DNA of 47,604 nucleotides from Plasmodiophora brassicae (Eukaryota): NCBI GenBank assembly GCA_036867785.1, contig CP145412.1, positions 1,612,001 to 1,659,604 of the forward strand, read 5' to 3'. Shown piece by piece: positions 45,133 to 47,604 of this stretch (position 1 is its first letter; each line of letters starts with the position of its first letter). The notes under the pieces were generated by a model. It saw only the letters and a program-made list of their open reading frames with translations, ran no database searches and was not told where the DNA came from. The position numbers and the translations under genes were made by a program.

Positions 45133-47402
45133 TGTGCTAACGCCGCCGCTGCCCACTACGGGGGCGGTCGGTCGCAAGAGTCGGCGCCTGGTGATATAAC
45201 GAACTGATGTATTTGGACAGGATCGTCACAGCAAGGGCCGCTGCGGGGTCGAGTACGGTCATGATCATGTGACCGGGTGGCAGCAGCATCTGAGCAGCAT
45301 CATCTGAGTACTGGTACTCTGGATGAACACTCCCCGTGTTAGAAATCTGCTAACAGTCGTGAGCAGAGGGGGTCTCCTTCGGCTTGTCGTTCGAGGAAGG
45401 CCCTGACGATATCAGGAACATCGGCCGCCATGACCGAGTAAGGTTCCCATGAATTGTCGGTGGCATCGAATCCGATCCAGTTGATCAGTAGTTCAGTGTC
45501 ACCTGACGTAGAATTGACTCGAATGTCCTCGACTGCGTTGACTTGGTAAGCCACGCCGGTGAGCGCGATGTTGTGCTTCAGGGAAGAGGTGACATTCAAG
45601 TGCGCATCTGCATAGAACATTAAGCGCTGGGCGTGTACATCTGAGATATGATCAGTCAAGAGATCTCGAACTCGATACACCCAGTCGTTGATGGTGTCGA
45701 TAATCTGGGCAGGTCCAGTCCAGTTGTACTCGGACTTGGAGTGCTTGCCATGGTTGGCCACGAGAACGTAGTCGCCCGTCGTGAAGTTGATCTCGCGAAC
45801 ATTGCGTCGGCGACGCCGGGCGCGTTGCTTGAGATCACGTAGATGGGTGCGTGTACGTGCCACTGCTTTGTGCATGTCCTCGAGAGAATCGATAAGTTCC
45901 GTCGTCATTTCTTTGAGACGGTCAGGGGTCAACGGTACGTCGATAACCGCGTCGATGCGTTTGCTGAAGATAATCGAGATAGGTGTCGAGGGTGGCAAAC
46001 CCGTAAACATCGTGACAGGCGCGTAGCCCACACTTGATCGAACAGTGTGATTTACCGTCATGTTGATCAGCGGAAGGACATACGGCCAATCCTGGAATGG
46101 AAGATTTAGCTCGGAGAGGAGGGACTTCAGCAGAAAGAGAAGCCGCTTGTTGACAACCTCAACCGTGCCGTTCGCCCAAGGTGTGTAGGCAGTTGTGAAA
46201 TGATGGTTGCAGTGTAACCGGCTATTAAGCTCGGCGATAACCGCGTTTTTGAAGTGTGTGCCGCGGTCAGAGACATGTTGGAAAACAATGCCGAAACGTT
46301 TGAACCAATCCAGAAGAGATTCGGCGACAACGCTGTGATCCGCGAATTGACAAGGAATTAACTCGACGAATGCCGTAGCGTCGTCCTTCAGAACCAGAAC
46401 ATAACGAAGTTGATGAGAATCGCCTGGACGAGGTTTGGATAAGAACAGAAAGTCATAGTGGATGACCTTATTGGGCTTGTCCGCATGCATAGCCGTGCCA
46501 TAAGGTCGGGGGATCATCGAATCTTTGTTGCGTAGGCAGTGTAAGCATTTGTCCACAAATGCACGAACAAAGGAATCGAGATCAGGCCACCAGAAGAGTT
46601 GCGCGATGCTCGAAATAGTCGATGCAGCAAGTTGATGACCAGACAGTCCCATATGTGAAATCACTGCGATGCGTAGCTGCAGTGCATGTGATGGTACCCA
46701 GAGTTGATTGTCTGGAGTACGCCAGCCAGATTCCGGGCTAAGGTGGAGAGACATGTCCCCTTCGAGTTGGAGAATATCAGAAACGGCAGATAGGTCGTGT
46801 TGGCGAATGTAGTCGGTCTGAGCGTTACTAATCTCGTCGACAGACGGCCAGATAAACTCATCGGTCATCTTGTAATCGTCGAAGTCAAGATTAATTGCCA
46901 TATGACGAATAGAACGGAACGAGGGAGGGGAAAATGAGGACAGTGGTTGCAGGGCGACGCCCCAACGCGTGGCGAGGTCGGCCCAAACGTTGTCCTCCCC
47001 AGCAATGTGCTCAATGTGAAAATCTAGGTCGATAATCTGAAGTCGCCAGCGCTCCAAGCGATCGCCGGTCGTCCGACTAATTCGTGCAACCGAGGCAGGG
47101 TTCAGAATGAAAACCAAATTACGGTGGTCTGTGAAGATTCGAAGTGCCAACTTTGACATAGAGATGAAGTGTCTGAGGCGATAGCAGCCTTCGATGATGG
47201 CGTAGGCCTCCTTCTCAATGGTCGCCCACTTCAATTGAGAACCACGGAATGTCCCCGAGATGAACGACAAAGGTTCGTGGTGTTGCTCACCGTACGGGAG
47301 ATCAATATCTTCCGGAGGGATCTGCGACAGGAAAACAGACCAGAAACGGTCACTCGCATCCGGAAAGAGACACATGATCCATTCGTCCTTGGGGTGCGCC
47401 AG
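45133..47402 (-). mobile_element. Second, inverted, 5'-truncated copy of the same retrotransposon (3' LTR 45133-45329; RNase H-integrase-chromodomain part of pol)
   Basis: Reverse complement of 42672-44941 with scattered substitutions (5 amino-acid changes: P/L, F/Y, N/S, S/I, R/H). Its flank (CTTCG in element orientation) differs from GAACA. It ends abruptly at telomeric repeats. Confidence 0.95.
45339..47375 (-). pseudogene. Truncated pol fragment (678 aa: RNase H, integrase, chromodomain)
   Basis: Open frame matching the C-terminal 678 aa of the 39846-44735 ORF; gag, protease, RT and the 5' LTR are missing. Confidence 0.88.
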
Positions 47403-47604
47403 GGTTTTTTAGGGTTTTTAGGGTTTTTAGGGTTTTAGGGTTTTAGGGTTTTTTAGGGCTTAGGGTTTTAGGGTTTTTAGGGTTTTTAGGGTTTTAGGGT
47501 TTTAGGGTTTTAGGGTTTTAGGGTTTTAGGGTTTTAGGGTTTTAGGGTTTTAGGGTTTTAGGGTTTTAGGGTTTTAGGGTTTTAGGGTTTTAGGGTTTTA
47601 GGGT
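47401..47604 (+). repeat. Telomeric repeat array (TTTTAGGG)n with variant proximal units
   Basis: Tandem T4AG3 to the end of the window with the G-rich strand running 5'->3' toward the end; proximal T5, T6 and CTTAGGG variants. Confidence 0.97.

Overview
Gene-dense, GC-rich eukaryotic chromosome end with short (~50-80 nt) GT-AG introns, ending in (TTTTAGGG)n telomeric repeats. This is consistent with a phytomyxid protist such as Plasmodiophora brassicae, but the species call is inference. About 1-36.4 kb is a compact core-gene region: TRF4-like nucleotidyltransferase, PLS-E-DYW PPR protein, RecQ, VAC14, eIF3h, INTS8-like, two inverted His/Asp-rich secreted paralogs, two RING E3s, MFS transporter, ClpB/Hsp78, ZMAT2, UBX, V-ATPase B, LRR, NSE4, PSD and WS/DGAT. 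About 36.4-47.6 kb is a lower-GC subtelomere holding a GH71 gene, an intact Ty3/gypsy chromovirus (identical 197-bp LTRs, GAACA TSD) and a second, inverted copy cut inside pol and capped directly by telomere repeats. Highlights: (1) a complete plant-type PLS-E1-E2-DYW editing factor in a probable non-plant genome; (2) a ~660-nt hairpin whose transition mismatches are mostly G-U on the + strand, a candidate long-hairpin small-RNA precursor; (3) a telomere-healed retrotransposon inverted repeat; (4) converted His-rich paralogs with footprinted promoter motifs; (5) a protein resembling a myxobacterial family.
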